Below, piece by piece: positions 8,712-21,764 of a stretch of 36,512 nt of DNA. This DNA comes from Octopus bimaculoides. Lineage: Eukaryota. The notes beneath the pieces are model-generated. The model did not search any database, was not told where the DNA came from, and was given only the letters and a program-made list of their open reading frames with translations. The stretch lies in NCBI RefSeq assembly GCF_001194135.2, contig NC_068986.1, positions 69,206,522-69,243,033 on the forward strand, read 5' to 3'. Numbering within the stretch: the stretch's first letter is position 1; every line of letters begins with the position of its first letter. The position numbers were made by a program, and so were the translations under genes.

Positions 8712-8930
8712 CATACACATGTGTGTGTATGTATATGTCCCTACCACCACTTGACAACTGGTGTTGTGTTTACGTCCCTGTAGCTTAGCGGTCCGGCAAA
8801 AGAGACCGATACAATACGTACCATACAAAACAAAAATAAATCCTGGATCGCATTGTTCGATTAAAATTCTTCAAGGCGGTACCACAGCAGGGCCGCAGTC
8901 AGATGACTGAAACAAATAAAAGAAAAAGAT
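8512..8930 (+). mobile_element. tRNA-derived SINE family B with a central (TA)n/(TG)n microsatellite
   Basis: Head CTGTGTGGTAAAAAGCTTGCTTCCTAACCACATGGTTCAGGGTTCAGTC; tail AAGGCGGT..CAGCAGGGCCGCAGTCAGATGACTGAAAC-A-rich. Colinear with 22719-23126. Confidence 0.92.
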
Positions 8931-11392
8931 AATAGAGGTAGTACTTATCTTACATTTATCGTATATTTCTCCATTTGTATAATGTCCAAGAATAATTATT
9001 TCCACTAATTATTTGTCTTGAAAGTAAACAATCAAGTATTAATGTAAATAGTCCAAATAGCCATGTCCGTATCATGTTTTAATTTTCTATGCAACAACGC
9101 TAGTAACATGGCTTGCATGTAGAATGGGAGACGTTTTCCCGACGAGTCGAATGCACAATTTGTTTTTGTACAAATTGGTTTTCTCTCTTGTAACTGTCCC
9201 ACTTCATCTACGTTGCTAATACCCATGGGAAAGATATAAACGTAAGTTGAAATTCCTACCCACCATAAATCATTGGTGTAAATGTTTACCCTCAAGGTAA
9301 GTTAAATTTTATTTATTCAGAAACTTCAGGGGACAAAGGAACAAAAATACCCAAATGTACAGGAATCTAGGCTGTCACATGAGACTTTCTCGGAAGTTCT
9401 GACACTGATTCCCTAATTGTTTGTTAGAGATTTGTCTTCCACTGTAACACATTGCAGGCAAATAATATTCTAAGCTGTACCTAATTGTCGTTGAAGCCTG
9501 TAGGTAGAACAGAATTTCTTTACTGGAATGTGAAGACAATATTGTTTGCCAAAGGTTTCGGTCGTCTCGCTCAATCAGATGCACGAACTTACATGAAATA
9601 TATAATGTTCTGATAAAAGACGTATTTGAAGTGATAAACTAATAGCTGGAATGTCAATACATTATTCAAAAATAATATACTCTTCCAACGTAATATCCTC
9701 CCAATAGTATACCAATGTCATGGCAATCTAGATCTAGAAGTAGATACGATTGATTTATGTATATAAAAGTTTTAGTTATCAAATTTTGCCATTGAACATC
9801 GATCTAATAATAAGTGAAGGTCAATAAAATTCTACCGTGGTTACTTGAAGTGAAGAAAACTGTTGGAACGGATGATAAACCGCGAGACTGGTGTAGTATA
9901 ATAACGTTCAGCAATTGAGTAACTTTACTTCTGTTGAACACTTATTGGAAAAAGTTGATGTGAATACGTTTTGTAGAAGTTGATTACAACGATTATATCA
10001 AATATTTTGCTAAAGAAGATAGTTAATCTGTGATTTTCTTTTTAATTCGGTGAGACATTATATATAATGTTTAGGCTGCAATTACGAAAAGAAAATGAAA
10101 TGACCGAGTAAACTTGTATTCCAACTGAAGTTTGAAGTTGTAGTCCTCGGAAAGACACTTAGCATACTTGACGGGTTTTTCTTAAGAGTTATTAGTTTCT
10201 TCTAATTGACACCTGGAATAGCCGAGGCATTAAAGTACTGAACTAATTGCATCGTAGCATGTAATTTATTTCCTCCATGGTTCTGAAATCAAGGCTGATT
10301 ACCTTTATGCACCAATTTGATTTGTCCATCAGACAAAATGTATGTCTAAATCAAAATATACCATCTTCCAAACGTCAATTTTTGCCTTTTATTTCCTTAG
10401 AGTTACTTAAATAAGAACCAGTTATACACTAAGATCGTTTTCATATAAAAACGTACCCTGAAAGCATTAAGTTTGTGCATAGTCAAAGTAAGTTAAATAT
10501 TGAGTTACATAAAAGTGAGAAGAGAGTTTCTGAGAAGCTGAGCCAATCCTATTTTAATTCCGTTTGAAACCATTTCATTTCACTTATGCAACTAATGCTT
10601 TTGGTACATCGCTACTTATATAATTCATGTGGGTGGTGATGTACTGGATCGAATATACTGGAAAAAAGTAAGAAAACATTAAATACAGCATTAGCGGCGC
10701 ATAACCCTGTTGAATGTATTAGAGATTTTCACCACCTGTAGTCAACAAGTTACGAACATTTTCGTACCAGTAATTTGTATAATTGCAAACAAGGAGCTAG
10801 GAGTGGCACAAAGTAACAATATACTGTATAAGGGATGAAGAAAGAAAAAGACGATGAATGATTTTAAATTTGTTTCTTAATTGGAGAGAGGAAACAAAGC
10901 TTAGCAGCAACTGTTGACAGCTATTAAAGGAAAGGAGAGATAACTTCAAGAAAAAGAATAATTTAGCAGAAGAGAAAAATCAGATCTTTTGTTGACAAGA
11001 ATGGAGACAGTTCCGAGAACGTTTCAGTCGAATTAGATCTAACGCGGCAGACGTAGTGGCCAAATATCTTTACAAATAAGAAGAGATTTACGCATATTTT
11101 TTGTTGCAATTACGCAAATTATTAAAGCTGACTCTATCATAATATATCTATAAAACCACAATTTTCTATTACCGGTACAGTGATATCTATGGTGTCATTT
11201 ATCCGGAGGACTGTCTCAGGTGTCGACGGAAAGGAAAAAGAAAATGCATGGAAGATTAAGTTTCGCAATCCTTTGTACTGTGAATGCGCAGCTGATAAAA
11301 AACGATATGAGCGTGTTAAGAAGTTTCAGGTGAGGCAAAGCAACGATATTATTATATTAAGAGACTGTGTATAAGAACCAGAAGAAAAAGAA

Positions 11393-11430
11393 TGCATGTG
11401 CGCGCGCGCGCGTGCGCGCGTGCGTGCGTG
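11393..11430. repeat. (CG)n/(CGTG)n alternating purine-pyrimidine tract
   Basis: TGCATGTGCGCGCGCGCGCGTGCGCGCGTGCGTGCGTG. A similar tract lies at 12008-12070. Confidence 0.85.
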
Positions 11431-12628
11431 AAATATTCAGTAGAACTTGGTGTGTAAAGGAAAGAAGTATATAGCAGCAAGTTAACAAACATAATATAAT
11501 CAGATTAGTCTAGAATCAGAAGAAAAACCTAGTGAGAGATTTTGTTTATATTTCTACAGCTCGGCAGAGAGTGGGGTTTATTCCCGTAGGTTTCTGCATA
11601 CGTTGATCAGCTTGTGGCACGAACAACAGCAGATTAGGCAAAGAAATTTTAGCAGGTTCGTAAATATGTTTAAGGCTGCGTAAATAGGAGAGGTGTGTCA
11701 GTTAACATGTGAGAAAGAAATTAAAGAGGCTGAAGATGTTTACTAAGACAATAAACAAAATGTAATAATTTCAAATCAATTAACAGAGAAATAAACCGTT
11801 GAAATATCTGACAAGGAAATTTAGTCTTTCCTGATTAGTATTAGAAATTAAGGCAACTTTGAAATGAATGCAGATCCGCCCCCACACTCTCCATACACGT
11901 GTGTGTGCGTGTGTGCGTGCGTGAGTGCGTGAGTGAGTAAGGTGTAGAACAGAAGTGATTCTATGATACATACATAGGCAAAACTCCAGAATAAAGATAT
12001 TGAATAGCACGCGCGCGCGCGCACACGACAGACACACGCGCGCACAACACACACACACACACACACACATGTATATCTAATCGAAATTAGTGTTTTTATA
12101 CGAGTGCAAACATTAACTGACCAAAGGACTCACTAGATGTGTAATGAACTAATATTTCTAAATTTTTTCAGCAATGACTTGAAGTTTAGCCTGTAAAATT
12201 TGGGGTCCTGCATTGGGTTTAGTCTTATTATATTCGATGAAGAAAAGAATGGAGAAAATAGTTTAAATGAGCAGTATTAGATTAAAATAAGAAGATAACA
12301 ATTCGTACAATGTTATGCAATTCTTAATAGAAAGGTTGATTGATGAGATTGGGCTTAGAAATAGTACAAAGAAATTGTTGAAAGGACATGGTTAGGGATT
12401 TGATGGTTGTAATGAATTATGAAATAGTCTTTTTGAAGGAAGGTGGGAAACATATCTTCATATAACCACGCCAAGGTACACACCCAGATATATATGTATA
12501 CGTACATATGCACACATGTATATACACACAAATATAAATCACCTTATTTTGAAATTGTATAGATAATACCGTACTAAATTCTGGTGCCTCAACTTAAGAA
12601 CCTAATTCATCTGAATCTAAATTTATGC

Positions 12629-12629
<1 letters not shown>

Positions 12630-12667
<38 letters not shown>

Positions 12668-13223
12668 NNNNNNNNNNNNNNNNNNNNNNNNNNNNNNNNN
12701 NNNNNNNNNNNNNNNNNNNNNNNNNNNNNNNNNNNNNNNNNNNNNNNNNNNNNNNNNNNNNNNNNNNNNNNNNNNNNNNNNNNNNNNNNNNNNNNNNNNN
12801 NNNNNNNNNNNNNNNNNNNNNNNNNNNNNNNNNNNNNNNNNNNNNNNNNNNNNNNNNNNNNNNNNNNNNNNNNNNNNNNNNNNNNNNNNNNNNNNNNNNN
12901 NNNNNNNNNNNNNNNNNNNNNNNNNNNNNNNNNNNNNNNNNNNNNNNNNNNNNNNNNNNNNNNNNNNNNNNNNNNNNNNNNNNNNNNNNNNNNNNNNNNN
13001 NNNNNNNNNNNNNNNNNNNNNNNNNNNNNNNNNNNNNNNNNNNNNNNNNNNNNNNNNNNNNNNNNNNNNNNNNNNNNNNNNNNNNNNNNNNNNNNNNNNN
13101 NNNNNNNNNNNNNNNNNNNNNNNNNNNNNNNNNNNNNNNNNNNNNNNNNNNNNNNNNNNNNNNNNNNNNNNNNNNNNNNNNNNNNNNNNNNNNNNNNNNN
13201 NNNNNNNNNNNNNNNNNNNNNNN
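12630..13223. repeat. (AT)(AC)n microsatellite followed by an assembly gap (N 12668-13223)
   Basis: Read directly from the sequence. Confidence 0.9.
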
Positions 13224-13537
13224 TATTGGGACATTCCACCGATACTCTTTCATATTGTGAGTGGTAATGGTCTCTACCTCATTATGGGTTTTCATCTCCT
13301 TAGCCCCGGGTTTATCCTGTCGGCGGATTTCATTGTACGGTGTCTTTTATTTTGAGAGGAATTCTGTGGGGTTTGAATAATTCACCTTTGGAAACATGGG
13401 TGTTTTGCTCAACATTATTAAACAACCCTTCTTCAGGGACCTTTTGAGCGGGATGGGCTACTCGACCTGAAGAAAATTCTAACTGGGCCCCACCTGCGAG
13501 GTCATGCGCTGTTTATCCTGATATGAGATCACCATGT
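13224..13537. mobile_element. Interspersed repeat fragment (probably retroelement-derived)
   Basis: GC-richer block (GGGATGGGCTACTCGACCTGAAGAAAATTCTAACTGGGCCCCACCTGC...) that I recall as a high-copy octopus repeat. No second copy in this window. Confidence 0.45.
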
Positions 13538-13932
13538 ATGTATGTATATATGTATGTATGTATGTATAGAGAGGGAAAGAGAGAAAGAGATAGAGACAGA
13601 GTGGGAAAGAGAGAAAAAGCACAGCTTAACGAGGACCATACAGACAAAAGATGCAAATTGTCTTAAGCGGAGACAAGACGGATACTTAGGAGTTACCTCC
13701 AGCCCGGTATGTATATGAATGCTTTATTAGAGTCGTTTACACCTTGATACACGAGCGGAAAATGGTTCAAGCAACGACACGAGAGTCGACGCTAATTCTC
13801 CTTCCCTCCTCACACTTCATCCGGTCGGTCCTCTGCACACTCTTTCGTTAATTCTCCCATTCATTCATTAAATGTTTCAGTTCACCATTCATTTCTTCTT
13901 TGCTTCCTACACTGCTTCTGCTCCTCCTCTCT

Positions 13933-13987
13933 CGCTCCTCTCCCGCTCCTCTCCCGCTCCTCTCCCGCTCCTCTCCCGCTCCTCTCC
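13933..13987. repeat. Minisatellite (CGCTCCTCTCC) x5
   Basis: Five perfect 11-bp units. Confidence 0.97.
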
Positions 13988-14472
13988 AACTATCTCTGTC
14001 TTTCTCCATCGCTCATAACCTTGCTTATAATTTTCTGTCTTTGTTTATTGTCCTTGTTTTTTGCACTTGGTTTCCAATGCGCTCATTCTCCGCGTATGTG
14101 AAATAACTTTTGTTATTCGACCATGAGTTACAGTCCTCTTTTAACTCTTAGTAGCAGGGCACTTTCTTTATAAAAATATTCTTTTCATGTTCTTTCCCGA
14201 AAGCCTTTGCTGACAGAACTTTCAAAGCAGCCATTTTTGCTGTCTCAAGCTTAAATCATAACGTACATATACAAAAAGTATAAAACTATCGAACTTCCAA
14301 AGCTCAGAATTATGTCGTACCGTTTAGTACATTGATTGTCCTGAAAAATATATGCATGTATGTGTAAACGTATGTATGTACAGATGCAAATACAGGCGTT
14401 CGTACAGTTGGTAATAAGTATAGAAAGATAAACACTCGTGCATATACATCTGCATAAATATTAAAAAAACAT

Positions 14473-14504
<32 letters not shown>

Positions 14505-14689
14505 CCACACACATCAAAATACAGACGAACATGCATGATTATATCTGTTCAATCAAATGTATAAATACACTACCAATGCCGAGATGAAACAATTTTCGAT
14601 CACAGTGAAATTCGAGTTGAGTGACATTCATTTAGTTTCAATATAATTATCTAGATAATAATCTGCTTGTTCGTTCACCCGTTATGCTT

Positions 14690-15017
14690 TAGTAAGTGAG
14701 GTGAAAGGGGAGTGAGTGGGAAGTGGAGTAAATGTGAGAGAGGGGAGGGAGGAGTGAGGAAAGGAGAGAGGAAAAAGTAAAGAGAGGTGATTAATATTAA
14801 TACACTCAGACCAAATGTGTCATGTGGTCAGCTGAAGGGAGAGACACACAGAACGAGAGAAAAAAGAGGGAGAGAGAAGTGTTCACGACATGCGGTGGGG
14901 TGGGAAAGGAATATTTATTACGTGAAGAGAACGCGATATGTTAGGATACAATATTTAGCAGAGGGTGATATTCTGGTGGTCAGGTTAAAGAAAGGCAGAT
15001 AGAGGAGAGGCAGTTAT

Positions 15018-15069
<52 letters not shown>
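14690..15069. repeat. Purine-rich repeat-like block ending in (GA)n before a gap (N 15070-15729)
   Basis: Extreme A/G bias. Resembles interspersed-repeat UTR sequence but the family is not assigned. Confidence 0.4.
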
Positions 15070-15729
15070 NNNNNNNNNNNNNNNNNNNNNNNNNNNNNNN
15101 NNNNNNNNNNNNNNNNNNNNNNNNNNNNNNNNNNNNNNNNNNNNNNNNNNNNNNNNNNNNNNNNNNNNNNNNNNNNNNNNNNNNNNNNNNNNNNNNNNNN
15201 NNNNNNNNNNNNNNNNNNNNNNNNNNNNNNNNNNNNNNNNNNNNNNNNNNNNNNNNNNNNNNNNNNNNNNNNNNNNNNNNNNNNNNNNNNNNNNNNNNNN
15301 NNNNNNNNNNNNNNNNNNNNNNNNNNNNNNNNNNNNNNNNNNNNNNNNNNNNNNNNNNNNNNNNNNNNNNNNNNNNNNNNNNNNNNNNNNNNNNNNNNNN
15401 NNNNNNNNNNNNNNNNNNNNNNNNNNNNNNNNNNNNNNNNNNNNNNNNNNNNNNNNNNNNNNNNNNNNNNNNNNNNNNNNNNNNNNNNNNNNNNNNNNNN
15501 NNNNNNNNNNNNNNNNNNNNNNNNNNNNNNNNNNNNNNNNNNNNNNNNNNNNNNNNNNNNNNNNNNNNNNNNNNNNNNNNNNNNNNNNNNNNNNNNNNNN
15601 NNNNNNNNNNNNNNNNNNNNNNNNNNNNNNNNNNNNNNNNNNNNNNNNNNNNNNNNNNNNNNNNNNNNNNNNNNNNNNNNNNNNNNNNNNNNNNNNNNNN
15701 NNNNNNNNNNNNNNNNNNNNNNNNNNNNN

Positions 15730-15785
<56 letters not shown>

Positions 15786-15840
15786 AATATGTATATATAC
15801 GTATGTGTGTATGTGTGTGTGTGTGTGTGTTTGTGTGTAT
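15730..15840. repeat. (CA)n/(AT)n/(GT)n compound microsatellite
   Basis: Read directly from the sequence. Confidence 0.9.
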
Positions 15841-17252
15841 GCGAAAATACAGAACTGTATTCACAAACAGACATATTCACATATATAAATATATACTTCC
15901 TTGAAAGAGCCCTAGTAACAGCTTAAAAGAGACCATTACTTTCCAACATTAAATATATCCAGCCTGCTTAGTAGAAGCCACCTGTCTAAATTCAAAAAAG
16001 TTTCAACACAAATCATTGAATAAGACCTATGTGTAACATATCTGTGACCTCTAGTGCTATACATGTTTAACATACTCCACTTGTATTTACATACATGCTC
16101 GATGTTTCCTAACAATAATAAATCAAAAAATTTTATAATTTTTTTATTACAAATACACCCAATTTAGCTGGAAGCGCCCAAATGGTTTCAACAACCTTAA
16201 CTGTCAAACCAGAAAAATGTCTTTACCATCCCTTTCATATATTCCTACTCTATAATCATTTTCTGTTCTCTTTCTTTCTTTTTTATCTTCCTCTCCCGTT
16301 CCTTGTTCTACTGCTTATTCTTTCTCTGTTTTTGTTCACTTAATAAAATTACGTATTAAAATATTTATCATGAAATACGCTAGTCCACCAAAAGTTACTC
16401 TGCTGCTACATTGCTTTTTGTCAGAAATGGGCCCGTGAAAAATTGATACATAAAATTCTGGAAACCATATTAATTTACAGTCCGACAAAGGCTACATTGT
16501 CGAAACTTGAAGTCGCTGTCAGCGATACATAGGCTATTCTATTGAAAAATGTTGAGCGATTCTTCGGTGTAATATTTTTATATGTATAACTGGACACACA
16601 CACACACACANNNNNNNNNNNNNNNNNNNNNNNNNNNNNNNNNNNNNNNNNNNNNNNNNNNNNNNNNNNNNNNNNNNNNNNNNNNNNNNNNNNNNNNNNN
16701 NNNNNNNNNNNNNNNNNNNNNNNNNNNNNNNNNNNNNNNNNNNNNNNNNNNNNNNNNNNNNNNNNNNNNNNNNNNNNNNNNNNNNNNNNNNNNNNNNNNN
16801 NNNNNNNNNNNNNNNNNNNNNNNNNNNNNNNNNNNNNNNNNNNNNNNNNNNNNNNNNNNNNNNGCACGTTTAATATATTAATCAAAATAAAACTGCAAAT
16901 TTTTATCGTAAATTATATTTACTTATCCAGTTTCTCTCTGTCTCTGTCTCTCTGTCTCTCTCTCTCTCTCACACACACACATGCCCTCCCACACACACAC
17001 ATGCCCCCACATGCCCCCACGTCCCACCACACATCACCCCACCCACAAAGACAAATGTATATATGAAATTAAATATTAAACACTGCTTACTGATTTCATT
17101 GATCTAAAAAAGGTAAACAAATATAGACGCGAACATACACATCCACACACCCACACACCCATATACACATATGTATATGTATGCACATGCATAGATGTAT
17201 ATAAATAGGTACACGGATGTTTGAGCATGTGTCTGTATCTGTGTATATATGT

Positions 17253-17535
17253 GAGGGCGCATGGCCTGGTAGTTCGGGAGTTGGATTCACGACCGTGAGA
17301 TCTTAGTTTCTCTTCCTAGACCGGGTGGTGCGTTGTGTTCTTGAGCAAAACACTTCATCTCACTTTGCTCTGCGATCACTTTGACACCGGCTCGTGGGAC
17401 AAAGTGCAACTGTTTAGACAACGTCGATTTGATGGAGAGAGTGAGCTAATGTACGGCACGGACATTTGATCACTATAACCAATTCATTTTTGCAAGTCGT
17501 TCGGCAAAAGCTGATCGCTCATTCGTCGTCTTCGT
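17253..17535 (+). mobile_element. tRNA-derived SINE family C
   Basis: tRNA-like head GAGGGCGCATGGCCTGGTAGTT..., central TTGAGCAAAACACTTCATCTCAC.TTGCTC (resembles conserved-core metazoan SINE domains). Colinear with the minus-strand copy at 35724-36002. Confidence 0.85.
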
Positions 17536-17659
17536 AAAGCGCCACTAATAGTTTCATATGTTGAGAAAAATCAAACATATTTTTCAGGCGCACACTACGT
17601 ATCATAACGTGTAATGATACTCATTACACGTGGTCAATACCAAGAGCCAGAATCCAGTT

Positions 17660-18600
17660 GCAATTCTCGTGACCCAGAATCCTGCTCGCTTGACTTGACC
17701 AACGATGCATGACTAAATCTATCATGTATGAGCGAGAAGTTACTGTAACCCTAAATAATAATACAACTGATAAGAAGGCCTATACTGGGTTATGGGAAGG
17801 GGAATTTAAAGATCGCTATGCCAATCACATAGTCTCCTTCCGAGATAGGGACAAAAGTAAAGCTACTAAGTTGGCTAGCTATGTATGGATTTTGAAAGAT
17901 AACGAAGCACCGCATGTGAGTAAATCAGGGCTGTCGCTAAGCCCCTGCAACCTCCGCGGTCGCAGGGGGGCTCCGCAGTTGAGGGGCTCCATGTTAAGAT
18001 CGAAGTACGGGGATGAGTCATTGCTTTGGTTAAGATGTTGAACAAGAATTAAACTATGTTAACTGAAAATTTCAAGAAATAAAATGGTAATACATTGTAC
18101 CTGCAAAAGTTCTTGCAAAAATATTACATTGTACCACAAATGTGTACCAGACTTTGTGAATTGTCTATGATATCTATTGAACTTAGATCTCAGCTTGATT
18201 ATTCTGAACTGATCGATAATTTCGCAAAGGGAAAAGTGCGCCGTGTTTGACTTTGAAAGTTGCCTGGATTATAAAAGTGCTCTTTTATTCATATCTGGAA
18301 GTTTTACTTATTGAAATTTGTAATAGACCTAAATAAATTTAACTTGTACTTTTAAAGATGTTCTTTTGGATAACGTGAAATATTGAACTTCAGATAGAAT
18401 AAAGTAAAATATAACTATGAATAAAAGGTGCGTAGATTATGAATTTTGATTGAAGCGATGAGGCCTCGAAACAAAAAGTTGCAGGGTCCTCTAAAAGTCA
18501 CGCGAAAGAGCTGGAGTAAATGGAAAGTTATTGAGAAAATTCATGCCTTATGTGAATGGATCGAATAAATCTAGACTTCGGCTGAAAGAGCGCAGATCCA
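17660..18600 (+). pseudogene. Penelope-like GIY-YIG endonuclease remnant 1, interrupted by a hAT derivative
   Basis: TKSIMYEREVTVT...KKAYTGLWEGEFKDRYANHIVSFRDRDKSKATKLASYVWILKDNEAPHVS; after removing 17926-18521 it continues in frame as KWKVIEK, then (shifted) PYVNGSNKSRLRLKERRSI. This follows the typical PLE endonuclease pattern. Confidence 0.82.
17926..18513 (+). mobile_element. Non-autonomous hAT transposon derivative (588 bp)
   Basis: Perfect 8-bp TSD GAGTAAAT (17918-17925 and 18514-18521). Imperfect TIRs CAGGGCTGTCGC / CAGCTCTTTCGC (9/12). Internal 18119-18250 encodes RLCELSMISIELRSQLDYSELIDNFAKGKVRRV*, matching the hAT C-terminal dimerisation domain pattern. Confidence 0.9.
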
Positions 18601-18747
18601 TTTCAGATCTAAGATCCCTAACTCTGTATTGAACTCCAGGTCAGAAATTTTCAGTGGTTGTATGCATATGTATAAATATATTTTGAAGAATTGGAAAATT
18701 CCGCTTATTTCTGACTGACTTGATATATTTCCAACCTTATCATTTAA

Positions 18748-19527
18748 AGTCTACATGAACTAAAGAATACAGTCATTACCAGGAACTATCCACCATCACT
18801 AATTGATATAATATGCTTTCAACGTGCCCTACAACTCAACATCCACAAACTCAGGCATCCCAAATTAAAGAAGGATTTACAACCAAAAGCCCTACCATAC
18901 AGCTCCGCACACAACCCTCTTGACAATGAAGCCTTCAACACCATCCTCCAGAACATTCACCTACTAAAGAGGGACCACAGAATGAATTTAATCCTCCAAA
19001 CGCACACAATCATAAAGAGCAAAAGACAGCCCAAATCTATGAAAATTCACCTAAAACAAGCCCAAATACGCTCGACAACAACACTGAAGTCGTCAGTAAA
19101 AAAATGCGGGAGACCTAACTGTGGTATATGCGTCAACCTAATTGAGGGATCAGAATACTCTTTCAAACAGGGCCAACGTTTTACAGTGAAAAGGAACTTC
19201 ACACGTGCTTTGGAGAACCTGATATATGTATTCACTTGTTCTTGGTGTCGAGAGCAATATATAGGCCAAACCAAAAACAGTCTACGTCAAAGGATGGCTC
19301 TACATAGATCTCAGATCAAAATTCGGAAATACAGAAAAATAGCATTCAGCGAACACATCGACATTTGCGCCAATAACAAACAATCCAGCTTCAAAATTTT
19401 TCCCCTCTACCAATTCAAGAACAATACAACCTGTAGTCAGCGCATGAGTAAAGAGTCATACTTTATTACAAAATATAACCCCCTTTTAATGTATCCACTA
19501 CATACGACGCTATTACAAGGGTCTTAG
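18748..19527 (+). mobile_element. 5'-truncated Penelope-like element 2: RT thumb/linker plus GIY-YIG endonuclease, open frame of 259 codons
   Basis: The frame opens after TAA at 18745-18747: SLHELKNTVITRNYPPSLID...LRHPK...LPY..HNP...IIKSKRQPKS...KCGRPNCGIC...NLIYVFTCSWCREQYIGQTKNSLRQRMALHRSQI...FSEHI...KESYFITKYNP. It has the LIY-YIG motifs, R and E catalytic positions, and the Cys-rich linker seen in Neptune-like PLEs. Confidence 0.92.
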
Positions 19528-19571
19528 AATAATACCCACGCAAATATTAAAAACGATATATTCAGAACAAT

Positions 19572-19573
19572 AC

Positions 19574-19623
<50 letters not shown>

Positions 19624-20445
19624 NNNNNNNNNNNNNNNNNNNNNNNNNNNNNNNNNNNNNNNNNNNNNNNNNNNNNNNNNNNNNNNNNNNNNNNNNNNNN
19701 NNNNNNNNNNNNNNNNNNNNNNNNNNNNNNNNNNNNNNNNNNNNNNNNNNNNNNNNNNNNNNNNNNNNNNNNNNNNNNNNNNNNNNNNNNNNNNNNNNNN
19801 NNNNNNNNNNNNNNNNNNNNNNNNNNNNNNNNNNNNNNNNNNNNNNNNNNNNNNNNNNNNNNNNNNNNNNNNNNNNNNNNNNNNNNNNNNNNNNNNNNNN
19901 NNNNNNNNNNNNNNNNNNNNNNNNNNNNNNNNNNNNNNNNNNNNNNNNNNNNNNNNNNNNNNNNNNNNNNNNNNNNNNNNNNNNNNNNNNNNNNNNNNNN
20001 NNNNNNNNNNNNNNNNNNNNNNNNNNNNNNNNNNNNNNNNNNNNNNNNNNNNNNNNNNNNNNNNNNNNNNNNNNNNNNNNNNNNNNNNNNNNNNNNNNNN
20101 NNNNNNNNNNNNNNNNNNNNNNNNNNNNNNNNNNNNNNNNNNNNNNNNNNNNNNNNNNNNNNNNNNNNNNNNNNNNNNNNNNNNNNNNNNNNNNNNNNNN
20201 NNNNNNNNNNNNNNNNNNNNNNNNNNNNNNNNNNNNNNNNNNNNNNNNNNNNNNNNNNNNNNNNNNNNNNNNNNNNNNNNNNNNNNNNNNNNNNNNNNNN
20301 NNNNNNNNNNNNNNNNNNNNNNNNNNNNNNNNNNNNNNNNNNNNNNNNNNNNNNNNNNNNNNNNNNNNNNNNNNNNNNNNNNNNNNNNNNNNNNNNNNNN
20401 NNNNNNNNNNNNNNNNACACACACACACACACACATATATATACA
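19572..20445. repeat. (AT)/(GT) and (AC) microsatellites flanking an assembly gap (N 19624-20416)
   Basis: Read directly from the sequence. Confidence 0.9.
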
Positions 20446-21050
20446 CACATGCTTATATGGGTATAGGACGTCACCAACGGTAAGCAACATGAAATACGAA
20501 AACAAATGAGTTCAATACGTAAACAACGAGAGAAACAAATGGAAAAAGGACAAATAACACAAATAACGACCCTTCATCAGTTGTCGGCTGTCTATCTATT
20601 CCTCATTTCGAGCACTGAACGACAATACGAGTCTTCGAAGACAGTTGCTCCCGTAAGTACCAAAATAAAATTTGGGATTTGTGGAGGGTGAAAGTTGGGA
20701 GGCCAGTGGAGATATACAAGGAAACCGAATGAAAGCAAGCATGGAGGGTCGTAGGACCAGAACGAGGGTAAAATAGAGAACGCTGGAGACATATTTTGTT
20801 TGACAAGAGAAAAGATAGAAGAAAGAAATATACGACACGTCAAGTCCTTAGGACAATCCTGAAAGAAAAGAAAGATGATCATGTGAGTAAAAGAAAGATG
20901 AACAATTGTCACGTCTGAGCAACGAAAGAGAGAAAAGGAGAAAGAGGTAGGAGAGAGATACAGATAGAAAACGGTGAAGGGGAGAAAAAAAGAAATTAGA
21001 GAAAACGACGGAGAAAACGATGGGAGAGAAAATAGTATAGAGTCGCATCA
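20446..21050. mobile_element. Purine-rich interspersed repeat, possibly PLE-associated terminal sequence
   Basis: Sequence (ACGACCCTTCATCAGTTGTCGGCTG...GCAAGCATGGAGGGTCG...) that I recall as a high-copy octopus repeat. It lies just across the gap from PLE 2; the link is unproven. Confidence 0.5.
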
Positions 21051-21764
21051 AAATGATTAAGATAAACTTATTTGGAAATGGATGCGTGGCGTGTGTGTGT
21101 ACGTGTGTGTGTGTATGTATGTGCGTGCGTGCGTGCGTTAGCGTGATCCATGGAAATTCTTATTTTAATTTTCATGCATAAATTCATAAGATCTTAATAA
21201 TATTGCTTCCTTGTGCTAAAATTTCGATTATATCTTCAGTTTTATTATAACTTAAAGCTGTTGAAAGTTTTACACTCCAGCTCGTTTCACTTTGTTAAAG
21301 ATTTCGATTGTAATTGATTTCCTTCTGTAGTTAAAAGTGTTACATGCGTAACTCTGATGATATATCGTGACAAGCAGAATAATATTACACATAATTCTTT
21401 CAATGCTAAATTTCCATGGTCAATATGTGTGATATATGTACATGTGCTTATTGTTAATGAGAAATTAGCTTTTCTGAAGAACGTAACTTCACACCTTCTA
21501 ATCTTCTTTCGCTTCCCCCACCTTCTTCATAATGATTTCTGTGGTAAATTTATTTTTCTGATTAATCTTAATCAGCAAAAAAGAGATAGTGACATAAAAA
21601 ACAAAACAAAACAACACCTTTATCTAAAAACATTGATGTAAACTTTCCTAGATTTAACCATTTGATCAACTGTAGAAAATTTGAATCTTCTAAAAAATTT
21701 TCTAGAATTATCCATTTTTACTGTGGTTCAACATTAAGTTAATCAGGGCTCTCTATGATTTTTA

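Noticed and set aside
9032-9584. Minus-strand ORFs of 87 and 69 aa
   Set aside because: No recognisable motifs or convincing splice structure.
10800-11380. Very degraded Tx1-like C-terminal domain (GVIYPEDCLRC)
   Set aside because: Only one weak CxxC-like motif and no colinear support I could verify.
1498-20509. Long ORFs rich in X, YI, CV, HT or SL repeats in the ORF track
   Set aside because: Artefacts of N-gaps and dinucleotide microsatellites.
20500-20590. Possible third hammerhead (minus strand GACAA-CTGATGA-AGGG)
   Set aside because: No GAAA core follows a closable stem II, so the fold cannot be completed.
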